Below are positions 34,366-46,772 of a DNA stretch of 64,000 bases, one piece after another. The position numbers and the translations under genes were made by a program. The notes below the pieces were generated by a model that was not told the DNA's origin, made no database searches, and saw only the letters and a program-made list of their open reading frames with translations. Source of the DNA: Ranitomeya imitator (lineage: Eukaryota); assembly GCF_032444005.1 (NCBI RefSeq), contig NC_091284.1, positions 37,386,001-37,450,000 of the forward strand, given 5' to 3'. How positions within the stretch are numbered: the stretch's first letter is position 1; the number at the start of each line of letters is the position of its first letter.

Positions 34366-36135
34366 ATGGCCCGCATAATTAATGTAGACATGCTGATCAT
34401 TTTGATACAGGAGAGGCCAGAAATATGGGACCAAAGAGACCCCAACTACGCCAACAGGGCAGTCAAACAAGCAGCATGGAGGAGCGTGTGTGGGTCCCTC
34501 TTCCCACAGTATGACCAGCAGCCACGTGCGGCCCAGCGACAAATAAGTAAGTACACCCATGTTTGCAATGTAATTTTCTTTGTAAACAGCAGGCCCTTAC
34601 TACTTTGAATTGCTAAACCTTAATTTATTAATTTATCCTGAAAGTATTAGAAATCCCAGCAGTAAATACATGGTGCTGGACATGATAAATGTATTTCATG
34701 AAGTTTTTGACCAGGTGTGCCCTTACTAACATTGTTTTCCAGTAATTGTGTTTTCTGGGATAGAGGGTAGCTGTCCTTGTGGCCTTGCTTCATAATTTTT
34801 TTTTTTAGTTAAATTTCTTGCTTAATGTGAGCCACAAATGCCTCTTTCTATGCTACCCGTAAATCTGTGTCCTCCATTACACCTTGTGTGAGCACTCTGC
34901 ATATAATGGTCTAAGCAATGTGTGTATTTTTGTTGTTTCAGTGGATGATGTTACAACAAGGTGGCGGAGTATACGTGACCAATACAGGAGGGAGAGGCAG
35001 CAGCGGGAGAAAAGTGGAGCAGGGGCACCTCCAAAAAAGAAGAAATATATTTATTTTGACCGCCTAACGTTTCTCAACCCCAGCATGGACCTCAGGCCGT
35101 AAGTTACAAAATCTCAAACTGGGTTAATTTTTTAATGGGGAGAGATGATTCCAAAAAACATATTAAATGTAAAAATTTATCTTTTGCAGAACTCAGTCTA
35201 ACCTCACTGACAGGGAGACAGGGTCTGACTCAGAACAGGTCATTGACCCAGTTGGAGACGGTGAAGAGGTGGCTGGTCCATCTGCTGCTCCCTCAATACC
35301 TCCAGGATGTTCCTCATCGGGCCACCCAGCTCCAGCTGCAGCAGAAGAAAACACAGAGGCCCCACAGTTCTCATCTTCAGCAGCAGCACCTAGCCAGGAT
35401 GACCCTGGAAATAGCAGCAGCCCAACTGTTGCCCTTGACCGATCCCCACAGGCTGCAGTCAGACGACAGCGTGCACGACGCAGGAGAGAGCTTCTCCAAA
35501 GCAGGAGAAACGTGGATGCTGGGGTCATGAACTATATGGCCCGGGTTCGAGAGGATGATGGGGAGGAGGGATTCACACGGAGCCTTGCACAGTATTTACG
35601 CTCCATAGAACGGGAGTTGAGGCTGCGTTTGAGAGGGTGTTTTCAGATCCTTATTGACGCATGCACCCCCCCAAATAACCCATACAATCTGTTGCAGATG
35701 ATTGAACAGTGGCAGATGTCACCTGAAAATATTCTGCGGCCTCAGAGATTACAAGGCCTGCATGCGCAACAAGGATCTGAAGCACCCCCTCCACGTCAGC
35801 CAACACCTCCACCCCAACCCACAAATAACCAACAATGGCAACCTCAGCACCATATTGCAGGATATCAGCACCCATCCCAATATGGCCACTTGTCCACACC
35901 CAGTGCTGGAGGCTGGACCCAACCTGGGTTTGGACAATATGGTCATTTTGGTTTGGGGTATGATTCCCGCACATATGGGCAGCAACATCTGGGTTATCTC
36001 CCAAATCCTGGCCCCACTCATCAAAGTGGCCAGCATCAGAGCAGGCAGAATTTCCCTCAGGCCACTATAACATCCACACAGGCTGCTGGACAATTGGGCC
36101 TACAAAGGCCACCTGATGCAGACCCAGACCAATAA
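34366..36135 (+). CDS. Harbinger Myb/SANT-like (MADF) DNA-binding protein; exons 34366-34546, 34942-35098, 35190-36135; 427 aa
   Basis: Exons of 181+157+946 = 1284 nt, GT-AG, open throughout. MADF motif LIILIQERPEIWD...KQAAWRSV...RWRSIRDQYRRE, basic NLS-like PPKKKK, and a BESS-like segment (DDGEEGFTRSLAQYLRSI). Confidence 0.88.
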
Positions 36136-36510
36136 ACTTCTCCACTTCCTACCTACCAGGACTTGTAATTTGTTTGGCTACATTTGGTTTTATTTTGGTT
36201 TTCCAAAATTAGGTTTTGATTGTGCTGAAAAAGCAAGCTGTAATGTTTATTTTTGTGTTTGTTTGATTTCCAAAAAAAAAAGGGGCACTTAATTTGTCCA
36301 GATTTATTATGCTAAAAAATAACTAAATCTACAAACAAGTTTCAAAAGTAAATTTGCCGTTAGTAAGAAACAAACTCTGGATGCACTCTGTTCATTCTTA
36401 TTAACTCACACACACATGATATGATCATAAACATATGTGAACAAGTTAAAATCAGCAGACATATTGTCAAATTTGGTAATGCAAAAATTTATAAAAAAAA
36501 AAACAAAACA

Positions 36511-38004
36511 TTACACATGCAAAATTGCATAGTCTTGCCAGGGAGTGGCACCCTGAGGACTTAAAAAATAATTGGTGAACACATCACGAACTTTGAGGCC
36601 AGAAAGGGGACGTCGCGGAGGAGGGACATATGGGGTAGGCCTACTATGATTGGTCATGACGTGATCTTCCAAATTTGTAGACGAACAATCATGTATTCTG
36701 GTAAAATTATGTAGAATTACACAGGCTTTGATAACTTCATTGATTGAAGCCTCACTCAGCTGAATGGCAGACTGAAGAACCCGCCATTTGGCTACAAGAA
36801 TACCAAAGGCGCACTCAACCAGTCTCCGTGCCCTGGAAAGTCTCAAATTAAAGACCCTCCGCCGATGGTCAAGGTTGCGCCTGGGGTAAGGCCTCATGAC
36901 GTGCCTCGTCAGTTGGAAGGCCTCATCTCCAACCAAAACAAAAAGGCACTGCTTCCGCATTGGAGCCTGGGAGTTGTTGTGGTGGTGGGAGGTTCAACTG
37001 GTTGTCACGTAGTCGCCGACCCATTATGGACGAATTGAAGACCCTAGAGTCTCCAGTTCGCCCATAGGCCCCAATGTCTACAATTATAAACCTGTAGTTG
37101 CTGTCAGCAACTGCTAACAGAACTACAGAGAAAAACTGCTTATAATTGTAGAATTGGGAACCAGAGTTCGGCGGCTTACGCACCCTGATATGTTTCCCAT
37201 CAACAGCTCCAATGCAGTTAGGGAAGTCACAATTATTTTTGAAACCAGTGGCGATTTTGAGCCAATCCTCCATTTTTGGCTCAGGCATCACAACTTCATT
37301 AAGTTGCAGCCATATTTGGGAACAGGTTGTCCTAACAATGCATGAAATTGTCGAACGCCCAATGAGAAACTCCAGGTGTAGACCCGCATAGGACAAGCCT
37401 GTGGACAGGAAGCTGCAAAACAAGAACAAAAAGCACAAACAAAACATGAGGAATATGAAAACAGGAATAAGCACAAGTGTCTATTTAATTTTCTCAGTCA
37501 TTATTGACTAAGCAAAAAGGGACATTTCACATTATTACGATACTCTAATATGACCCCCATTTTTAGAACGGTGCTTGTGGCTTCATGCCTAAGTAAAGTA
37601 CCTGAAACATATTAGGACAAAACACATTTGCAAACCAAAAAAAATATAAAAGGTAAAAAGACATACCGTAAGGTTAGGAGCAGACGCTCCTCAGCAGAGA
37701 TGGATTTTCTCATCCAGGTGTCCTGATAGGTGAGCCCAGGACGTAACATCTCCATCAACATGTCAAAAGTCCTGATGGACATGCGAGTATACAGGTAAAA
37801 TTTGTCTGGATGGGCCCTCAAAGCTGAATATAGTCTCTGGAAATGTCCTTTACTCTGGCGTTGGGTCAATAGAGGATGCACCCACAATCTTCGTCTCCTC
37901 CTTCGCGGATCTACATTGACCGGATATGGCTGGCCAAAGCGACGAGACAACACCCAGTGAAGCAACACCCGCTGAGTTGTGCTTAAATACACATGGTCAG
38001 ACAT
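36511..38004 (-). CDS. Harbinger (HARBI1-like, DDE_Tnp_4) transposase; exons 38004-37667 and 37412-36511; single +1 frameshift in the A5 run at 36940-36944
   Basis: WVHP...FYLYTRMS...ISAEERLLLTLR|FLSTG; AVDGKH, (VLV)GDEAF and VECAFG DDE motifs. Removing one base gives 412 aa. Confidence 0.88.
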
Positions 38005-40248
38005 GTTTGTAAGGTCAAAGTAACACAGCCAAAATATGCTAGAGAACATATAGGGCAGATGGGAGGGGTACACCTGTTGTCGAGGGCTTAAATAGGGTTG
38101 TTAATGATGGTTTAAATGATTTGCAGGCCTGAAAACCGTTAAATGTCCATTTTGTGATGGTGCGTGTCAAAAACGCAATACGGATCACATACGGATTACA
38201 CACGGACCAGTACATGCGCAAAATACGCGACCACACCTAGGCTACGCAAGAACTACGGAAAGAGATTACGGAGACATTTTGGCGTATTACGCGCGTACAA
38301 TACGTTCCGTAATGTCTTACGCCGAGTGTGACGCCGGCCTAAGTGTGACAGAATTGGGGAAATTACTATATAATGGTGAACAGGTTGGGTTCATTACTAC
38401 AAGATGGAGACCAGGAAGGGGGAAATGACTACAAGATGTTGGTCAGAATTACTATATGGTGCTAATTGTAAAAAGAAAAAAAATTATTAAAAATAAGAAA
38501 ATCACTGTATATGGCCAATTAGGGGGTAAAAAAAAGAAAAATTGTAAAACAAAAGTTCAAAATAAAGTATGAAAATGTGTTTTGGACACTAAAAATGCTG
38601 TTTTATCTATACACTAAAGTAAACAAAAATAATGCACATTTGTCATCGCCGCACACTTAACGACCCAACGATAAAACTGTGCCATAGCCCATACGATGAA
38701 TGCCATTTAAAAGAATAAAAAAAGAAAAAGAAAAAAAAAATCCCCCTTTACTCCTCCTTGGTCAGTTCTCATCTGGAATACTGTGTCCAGTTCTGGGCAT
38801 ATTTTAAAAAAAGACTTTGAAAAACAGGAGCAAATTCAGAGAAGAGTGACCAGGATGGTGAGCAGACTGCAAACTATGTCCTACGAGGAACGTGTAAAGG
38901 ATCTGGGAATGTTTTGCTTGCAAAAAAAGAAGGCGAAGAGGAGACTTAATAGCTGTCTACAAATATCTGAAGCGATGTCACAGTGTAGAGGGATCATCAT
39001 TATTCTCATTTGCACATGGAAACACGAGAAGCAATGGGATGAAACTGAAAGGGAGAAGACAAAGATTAGAAAAAATGTTTTGACAGTGAGTGCAATCAAT
39101 GAGTGGAACAGGCTGTCACGAGAGGTGGTGAGTTCTCCTTCAATGGAAGTCTTCACACAGAGGCTGGATAGACATCTGCCTGAGATGGTTTAGTGAATCC
39201 TGCACGGAGCAGGGGGTTGGACATGATGACTGTGGAGCAGGGCCGGCTTCAGGTTTTCGTGGGCCCTGAGCGAAAGAGTCTCAGTGGGCCCCTTTAGCAC
39301 ACACACACCACAATTCATGATGCACAGATACGGCAGAGATAAATATAAGTATAGCACAATGCCAAAGATTTCACTTACATTACATGAGTGACATCAATAG
39401 CTCAGAATGTGGACAGTATAGTGCTCCATACAGTATTATGGGCACCACATAGTCCTCCATACAGAATAATGAGCCCCGTAAAAGTATATGATGAGCCCTC
39501 GCTGGAAGAAGAAACCAGGAGACCTTGGGGCTTTAGGACACAGGCAGCAGTATGGATAAGTGCCGAAGGTTCCATTAGGGGAGAATGTTTTTTTTTTTAA
39601 CTTTAGCAGCACCAGGGGCCTATTTTTAATCCTTGGTGGACAACCTATTTACTTAGAAGAATTGCATTTTTTGTGGCCTAAGGGTTTTTCTTAATTTGGT
39701 AAAGATCAACGTTGATTTATGAATTATTGTTGATCTTTACCAAATAAAGAAAAACCCCTTAGGCCACAAAAATGCAATTCTTCTAAGTAAATAGGTGAGT
39801 AGTCGTATGTGACTAGTCTGTAGGAGCGCTTAGGTCCTTATAGAGAGAACCATACAGGTGGCTCTAGGACAAATTGTTTTGGGTGACTGTTTATAGCACG
39901 ACTGAATTTTACATACTGAGGCAATTCCTGCATCTTTCTGTGGTGACAGTGGGACAATCCACAACCACCCAACAGTTGACCTGAACGAATGAGACTTAAG
40001 GAATAGGAATCAGTCTTTGGTTCCTTCAGGATCATATTGGAGTGATATCTTCGATGCTACAACTGTACAAGATCAGGAAAGAAAACCAGACATACTAGGT
40101 AAAGTCAATGTTTATTTTTAAGTGCAAAACGACATTTTACATGAGACAAAGAAAGGTCACCATATCAATGAGCGAGAATCTTAAGGCCAAGAGCTAATAT
40201 AAGGGCATCGCGGCTTAGGAATTACACCGAATCACAGGAATTTTACAT

Positions 40249-42872
40249 TTACCAGGTGACGGCTTTCTTTTCTATTACCATCTCCCCATTAGGCGAATCC
40301 ACTGAAGTAGGGAGAAGAGCCAAGAATACTGGGGTAATGGCACCTTCATCCGGGGACTTGGTGGCATTAGGACCTGCCATATCAGTCCTCACCCACCCCG
40401 GGCAGCAGGCATTGAGAAGAATGCCCTCCCCTTTCCTAGTCTCCTTTATTTGCCGTGCGTGAATTCTGGACAACACTGTCACCCCGACTTTGGACACCCC
40501 ATAAGAAGTGTTTGGCCAGCCATTTTTTTCATGGACTCCATTTTTGGCATCTTCCACAAACTTCTCCATCAGTTTCGTCAACTCGTCCTCCGTGATGGTG
40601 TCACTGCGGAATTTCTCCTGAAGTTCGGGGCTGCACTTCGCGAGAGCGGAGACGCTGACCATACTGGATACATTGACGACTCTTCCTGTACGAGAAAAAT
40701 ACATGACGTGCACTCCAAAGAAGTAAAGCTAAGTCGGACCCCTTACGGAATAAAAAGATAGACAGACAATCTCCTTCAAGGAGGTCACTAGTAACGTGCC
40801 AACCACCGAGAAGGGAGAGGAGAATCTCTACAGTGGCAGCGAGTTATTCTACTGAAACAAAGTCATCGGTGGAGTTTTACGATTAAAGTAGATTAGTTTA
40901 ATCAATTTCCATTTGAAAACTTTTTTTTATGTGATTGAACCCCTTAAATAAACCCCCCCACCATCGATGTGTACTTACCGTTTGGTTTAATAATTGGAAG
41001 AAGCTCTCTAGAAACATCTTGTGTGCCAAAGAAGTTGGTCTTCAGAGTGACTTCTGCTTGGGTAGCAAATGGGGCCGTGTCAGCAACTGGAAAAAGAGGT
41101 CACGTTACTGACGTAATAGGAATGAACGGAGAATAAGTGAGCATGTGTGACGAATCTTCTACCAGAGAAATGGGGGGCAAGGCTAAGCCCCTGGCCTAGG
41201 GATCAGAGGGTGTCCGAACAATCAAGATATTCATGGCACATGAAGTCGAACTTGTTAACCCATAAAAGAGGACAATCAATAAACGTCAGCTTACTTAGTA
41301 GGTGATAACTTCCTGCTACCGAGGAACCGGCCACAAAAATGCTCATTTTCAGTGGGAAGACGGCCTCATGTGCGCTAAGTACAACGCTCAGCTATATCTA
41401 ACAGATATATAGATTGCCTTGTGCAGGCGTGTACTATGGAGGACAGAGAATGAACTTCAATCCAATATTGCAGCCAGCATGCAGCCAGCGGGTAAGGAAA
41501 GGGTGAATCAAACACCCGAAAACCCCGCCCCTATGGCTGAAAATTGTTCCCTCCAAATTCAGGTGACAGAGTCCCTTTAACCCTTTCAATAACTCCCCCC
41601 TCTTCAGTGCCCACTTTTGTGCCAGTTTTAATCTTTTTTTTTGTAGCCATTTATATGTGTATTCACATCAGGGTGCCTCGCTGTATTGTATTTTATTATT
41701 GTGTTTTTTTTTTTTTTTTTGTTTGTTTTTTTACTTTTGTTGTTAAACCTGTAAAAAAATAAAATAAATCAAAAATTGCTGAATAAGAAACTAAGTTCAG
41801 CAGTGTCTTTTTTGAGTGTCCGTAAACCAAAAAGGAAGCCGGATGCATTATTTCTTACTCCAGCCAGTCATTGTGACTTATTATTTTTACGGCTCAGGGT
41901 AAATATCCCGATGTTAGAAACTAACAAAAGTAGATTAAAAGGGTGAAAAATGCACCAAAATCATCATGGACGTCCATGGAGAAGAAGAAGCATCACTGCA
42001 TAATTCGGCATAACATGCCCTTCAGGAGACTGGGAAAGCGGAGTGACATTCGGAATCACTCACATTTAGTGAGACCCTTATATACAGTGTGCAAAATTCA
42101 GAGAAAAAAAAAAAAAATACAATAAACAGAAACCCTTCATAATAAAAAAAAAAAAAGTAGGAAAATAAAACTAGACATACAGGTCATAGGGAAAAGCAAA
42201 CTCAGCATGACTGTGCATTTATGGCGCTGCAGAAGCGAGCGGAGACTGGTACAAGCTGCTTTACCCTGCAGAGTACTACAACCCCCAGCATGAAGATGAT
42301 AAAAGCACTACAATATGTGATTATTATAAAGGGGGCTCCCTGCTGCGGACAATCCCTTGACTGCAATAAACTGTATGCGGATTATTCTGCAGCGGAGACC
42401 CCCATAGATCACCTGTGATCCCCAGCGATCAATGAAGGAACCCAGTAGCCAAGTGTTCATTCCCCTACAGCGCCACCACAGGAAAGATGAAGTATTACAC
42501 CATTCTCATTTAAATCAATGTGAAATATATGGACATGGTGGGTCCCAAAATTGCCCTCTAAGGACCTGCCGCCCCAGTAGACGTACCTTTAAATGCGATT
42601 CCGGCATTATTGACCAGCACATCCAATCCGCCATACTTTTCCTTTAAGAAATCCCGCAGGGTCCGGATACTGGACAGGTCATTAATGTCCAGCTGATGGA
42701 AGTGCGGGGACAAGCCCTCTGTAGTTAGGTCCTTGACGGCTTCTTCTCCAAGTTTGGGGTCCCTGGCTGTCAGATACACGTCTCCCTGGAATTGTTTGCA
42801 CAGGGCCCTGACCACAGCCAGTCCCACACCTTTATTACCGCCTGTGACTACTGCGACTCGCACTCCGGCCAT
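40249..42872 (-). CDS. CBR1: Carbonyl reductase [NADPH] 1-like, copy B; exons 42872-42587, 41086-40979, 40685-40249; 276 aa
   Basis: Same exon sizes and splice sites as copy A; the only coding difference I noticed is a synonymous GTT/GTA (Val) in exon 3. Confidence 0.95.
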
Positions 42873-45529
42873 GCTGACAGCTCTATGTGCAGAAGAAGAG
42901 GGAAGGAAGCAAATATGAGGTGCAGACACAGACAGAACCTCTTGTTACTGGAGGAACTGGTGCAAAAAAAGCAGCTGAGCTCCTCCCTGCAAGGACTGAG
43001 AGCTGCCCCCTGCTCATAGACCTGTGTGACCCTGCTGCCATCTAGTGGGCAGAAAGGAGCACTACACCGCTGCATTACATAACACTTATTACAGAGCCAC
43101 GGTCACACCTTCAGTCTTTTACAACAGAGGAAAAGTATCATAGAAACACATCAACATTTCTGCATTCCTGGTTTTGGCTTACAAATACTGATGTAAAATG
43201 CTGACCAAATACTGAACGTGTCCTAAGATCTGTTTTTTTTTCTCGGAAGTGAAAAAAAAAAACTAGACAACCCGTCCAATTTCCATCAAGGTTTTGGATC
43301 AGATTTCCATCGCTGCTTGTTGTCCGTATGTGAGTTTTTACCATCAGTATTTTAGCACTTTTTCTTCTAGGCTAAAAAAATAAATAAAAATGGACAGATG
43401 TTTTTCAATCTTCTTGCAAAGGGTTATTGAAAAAAATGGATGCAACTAGGAGACCATCAATGAGCTGAGGGAGGTTTTCATGGACCTGTAAGCGTGAATG
43501 GATGAGTTTAGTTCATAAATCGGGTCAAAAGTGGACACGTCTCCGTTTTGCAAAAACAAAAGAACAGATAGGAGACCGTGACATTGACCGTGATCAGTGC
43601 GTGCTGGAAAAAAATGGATAGTTCAAGTATGAGAAGGATGGATGTCTACCATTCATCGGGATTTTCTCGACATTCTAGGTAAAATTGCAAAGTGCTTGTA
43701 AGAACAAATAACTTTGCAATGTACTTGGTTGTTTAGGTTACTGACCACCTCTGAAGCTAATCAGCGGTGGCCAGTCTCCAAGGCAAGGAGCACAGCGCTA
43801 ACAAGCTGTTTCCAATATAGAGCTTGTAAGTGCTGCTCTGATGCCGACTGTATCCGTACAGCCTCGGTGTCCCTGAACTGTCTTAGTCTTGGAGTGAGAA
43901 AGTGTCTAAAATGCACCGTGCGCACATGCCCTAAAGAGATTTTTAGGTTTCGGAAAACCAATGCATTTTTTTTTAAAGAAAAAAAAAGGGTATTTACTCA
44001 CCCTCCCCAGGTCCGGGGCTGAGTCTCCACTGATGGTCCTGGTATCAGTAAGGGTATGTGCACACGATGCGGAAAACGCTGCGGAGCAATTTCCCATGAG
44101 TTTACAGTTCAATGTAAAGCTATGGGAAACCAAAAACGCTGTGCACATGCTGCGGAAAAAAACGCAGCGGTTTACATTCCGCAGAAAGGTCACTTCTTTC
44201 TGCGGATTCCGCAGCGGTTTTACAGCTGCTCCTATGGAAAACCGCAGTTGTAAAACCGCAGTGAAATCCGCAGAAAAACCGCGGTAAATCCGCGATAAAT
44301 CTGCCGCAAAAATGCAGCGTTTTTGCCCTGCAGAGTTATCAAATCAGCTGCGGAAAAATCCGCAGTGGCCAAGAATACGTGTGCACATAGCCTAATTGTC
44401 TGCAGCACTGACGTCATCTAGGCCATTGTCAGACACAGAGAGAAAAGGGGCCCTGTGCAAGAACAATGTATGGGCCAGGTCCAAGGGCTCGCCATAATGC
44501 AACATTCCACGTTTGGGATGTGGCCCCCTTACCTTTTGGGCCCCTGTTACACCAATGTTATGCCTGTCCGTGCTGCAGACAATCAGTGAGCGGTTTGTGT
44601 AGTCAACATGGGCAGAGCGGCTGAGCTTAGTGATTGTCTGAAGTGCTGTCGTCAATGACAGGCACCAGGAGCAGTGGCAAAGACTCAGCGCCGGACCTGG
44701 GGAGAATGAATAAGGCAAACACACATTGTTTTTTTTTTTTAATAAACTGCAGCTGTGCATTTGTAAAAGTAGAAAACCCCTTTAATAGACCTTTTTTCCC
44801 CCATAGATTCCATGGGAAGCTTCAAAAGCTCATGCAAAATAGTAAATTGTGTTTTTACGTGCAGAAACACGGGATTTCTCTCCAAATAAAAGATGCATTA
44901 GAAAAAGTTGTCAAATCTGAGATAAAAAAAAAAGTGAAAAAGCATAAAATAAATCAGTGCGGATTGTGCATTCTGGTGTTTATATGTGGGAAAAAACGCA
45001 GCGTTTCCGCTATGTGTGAACACGGACTACGTGGCTTTCCAACATGGGGGTCGTTCTGGTTCCTTTTTTCTGCAGTCGCTGTGGCCGGGTCCACGTCTGC
45101 GCTGAGGACTGGGGCCCGAGTCTCCGTCACAGATTCTGACAGAAATGCTGGATAAAATTGTGCTGTTTTACGAGGTAAAATGGCGCCACCACATTTTTCT
45201 GTTTCTATAACTGGACAGACAAAACCTAAGATCAGATTTGAATGATGCCGCCGTCATTAAATGCGTTTCCAAAAATGTCACCTTGTAGTTATTTTTCACC
45301 TACACTCATTTTTGGTAAATTACCTCATATATCACTACATAACACCCCACCATTTTTGAGGATGTTTTTGCACTAGGTACCACTTCTAAGTCACAGTCCA
45401 CATTATAAAAGCATTCCCACATTTCATTAATGGTATATTTGACTAGCATACAGAGCAGCTAACAATGCCGTCTGACAACAAAATGTGTCATATTTTCTAC
45501 ATACGCCACCTCATGCCGTTGTGAGAACT

Positions 45530-45735
45530 AGACGCTGGCAAGATGGCGCCCGTAAACAGCGGACATACTGAAAAGAACAGGGGCACACAAGCTTTCACAC
45601 TTGTAACTCTTTGTCGGTGACGTCATACAGCGTTATCCAATGAGACATCTCGGCGGAAGAGGCAGACCCGGAAGTGAAGGGTGTGTCTCCCCACGTGGAG
45701 TCCTTACCTTCAGATTGCAGCGGATGTAAGCTTTG
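45530..45735 (+). promoter_or_regulatory. SETD4 promoter and putative non-coding exon 1 (copy B, native)
   Basis: YY1-like CAAGATGGCG ~45539, CRE 45618-45625, CCAAT, ETS CCGGAAGT 45668-45675, donor-like GTAAGC ~45726. Confidence 0.6.
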
Positions 45736-46772
45736 TTTCTTGCATTAATGTCCTGCCATGTTCTTGTGTTGTGTAAATAAGATAGTGACCACAGCTGAGG
45801 ATTTGTTACTTTGTTACAGTCTGTAGATAATCAGCCTGGAATACAAAATAATGCGTTTGCTGCAGAAAACTGAATACATTGAGACAGAGTGCAGCTGTGT
45901 AAGCAGGACTGGGGTCACAGGTGTGATTACAGGGGGTGCATGAGATAGAGGGGGCTTGGAGCAATGGTGGGTGGTGCTGTCCATGTGCCAAACTGAGCGC
46001 ACGTACCAGCGCAAGTGAATGACTGGCCCGTTCATGTCATGCCAATCCTAAGGGCTAATTCACATTTGTCACATCCGTATTTACCTGCGGACACGACTGG
46101 ACCTGTGTCTGTAACATGGGCGACCGTGTGTGAATTTTTCCCAAAGCCGGGTTCTGACAGCCGTGTGAAAAATTGTCAATTTTTTTTATATCCAGAAAAA
46201 AATATTCAACTTTTGATCTGTATCGTGCCGTACATCCATTTTTCACCTATTTTTGGTATTTTGTTTTTATACAGTCTCCATTCTTAAAAAAAAAAAGGTG
46301 GGCCGCTGTGTAAAATGCAATGACTTGGAAATCTTATCGCCATATTTTATTCACAGCAGAACGTAGATTGGAAGGTGAACGTTGGACATCTTTTCCATTT
46401 CGTTTGAAAAAAATAAATCCTTTAGAGATTGATGGCGGCGACACGTCTGAAACGTTGATACAGGGTTGACAGAAGGCTGAATATGTAAGTGGTACTAATG
46501 AAAAAGAGCAGGAAGGTCCATCTTCACCTAAGTCACAGACTGTATAAAATGAGCTTGTTAGAGAGGCAGAGTCTCCCAGAAGCAAAGATGGTCAGAGGTA
46601 ACTGATCTGTGCACGACTGCGTCTGGACATAGCCCCCCCAAAAATGGTGTATATGGGGACTTGGCAAAGGCCAAATCTATAAACAGGGCTGCGGACTTCT
46701 GCACATGGGACATAAGCTGATATTTGTCTTCTGCATTTTAATAAAGGCGCAAAGAAGTATGAAGACTGAAAA

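Larger units (their letters stand above)
33964..38339. mobile_element. Near-intact autonomous PIF/Harbinger transposon (4376 bp), copy-B specific
   Basis: Perfect 15-bp TIR GGCCGGCGTCACACT; TSD TAA at 33961-33963 and 38340-38342; two convergent intron-containing genes. Confidence 0.95.
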
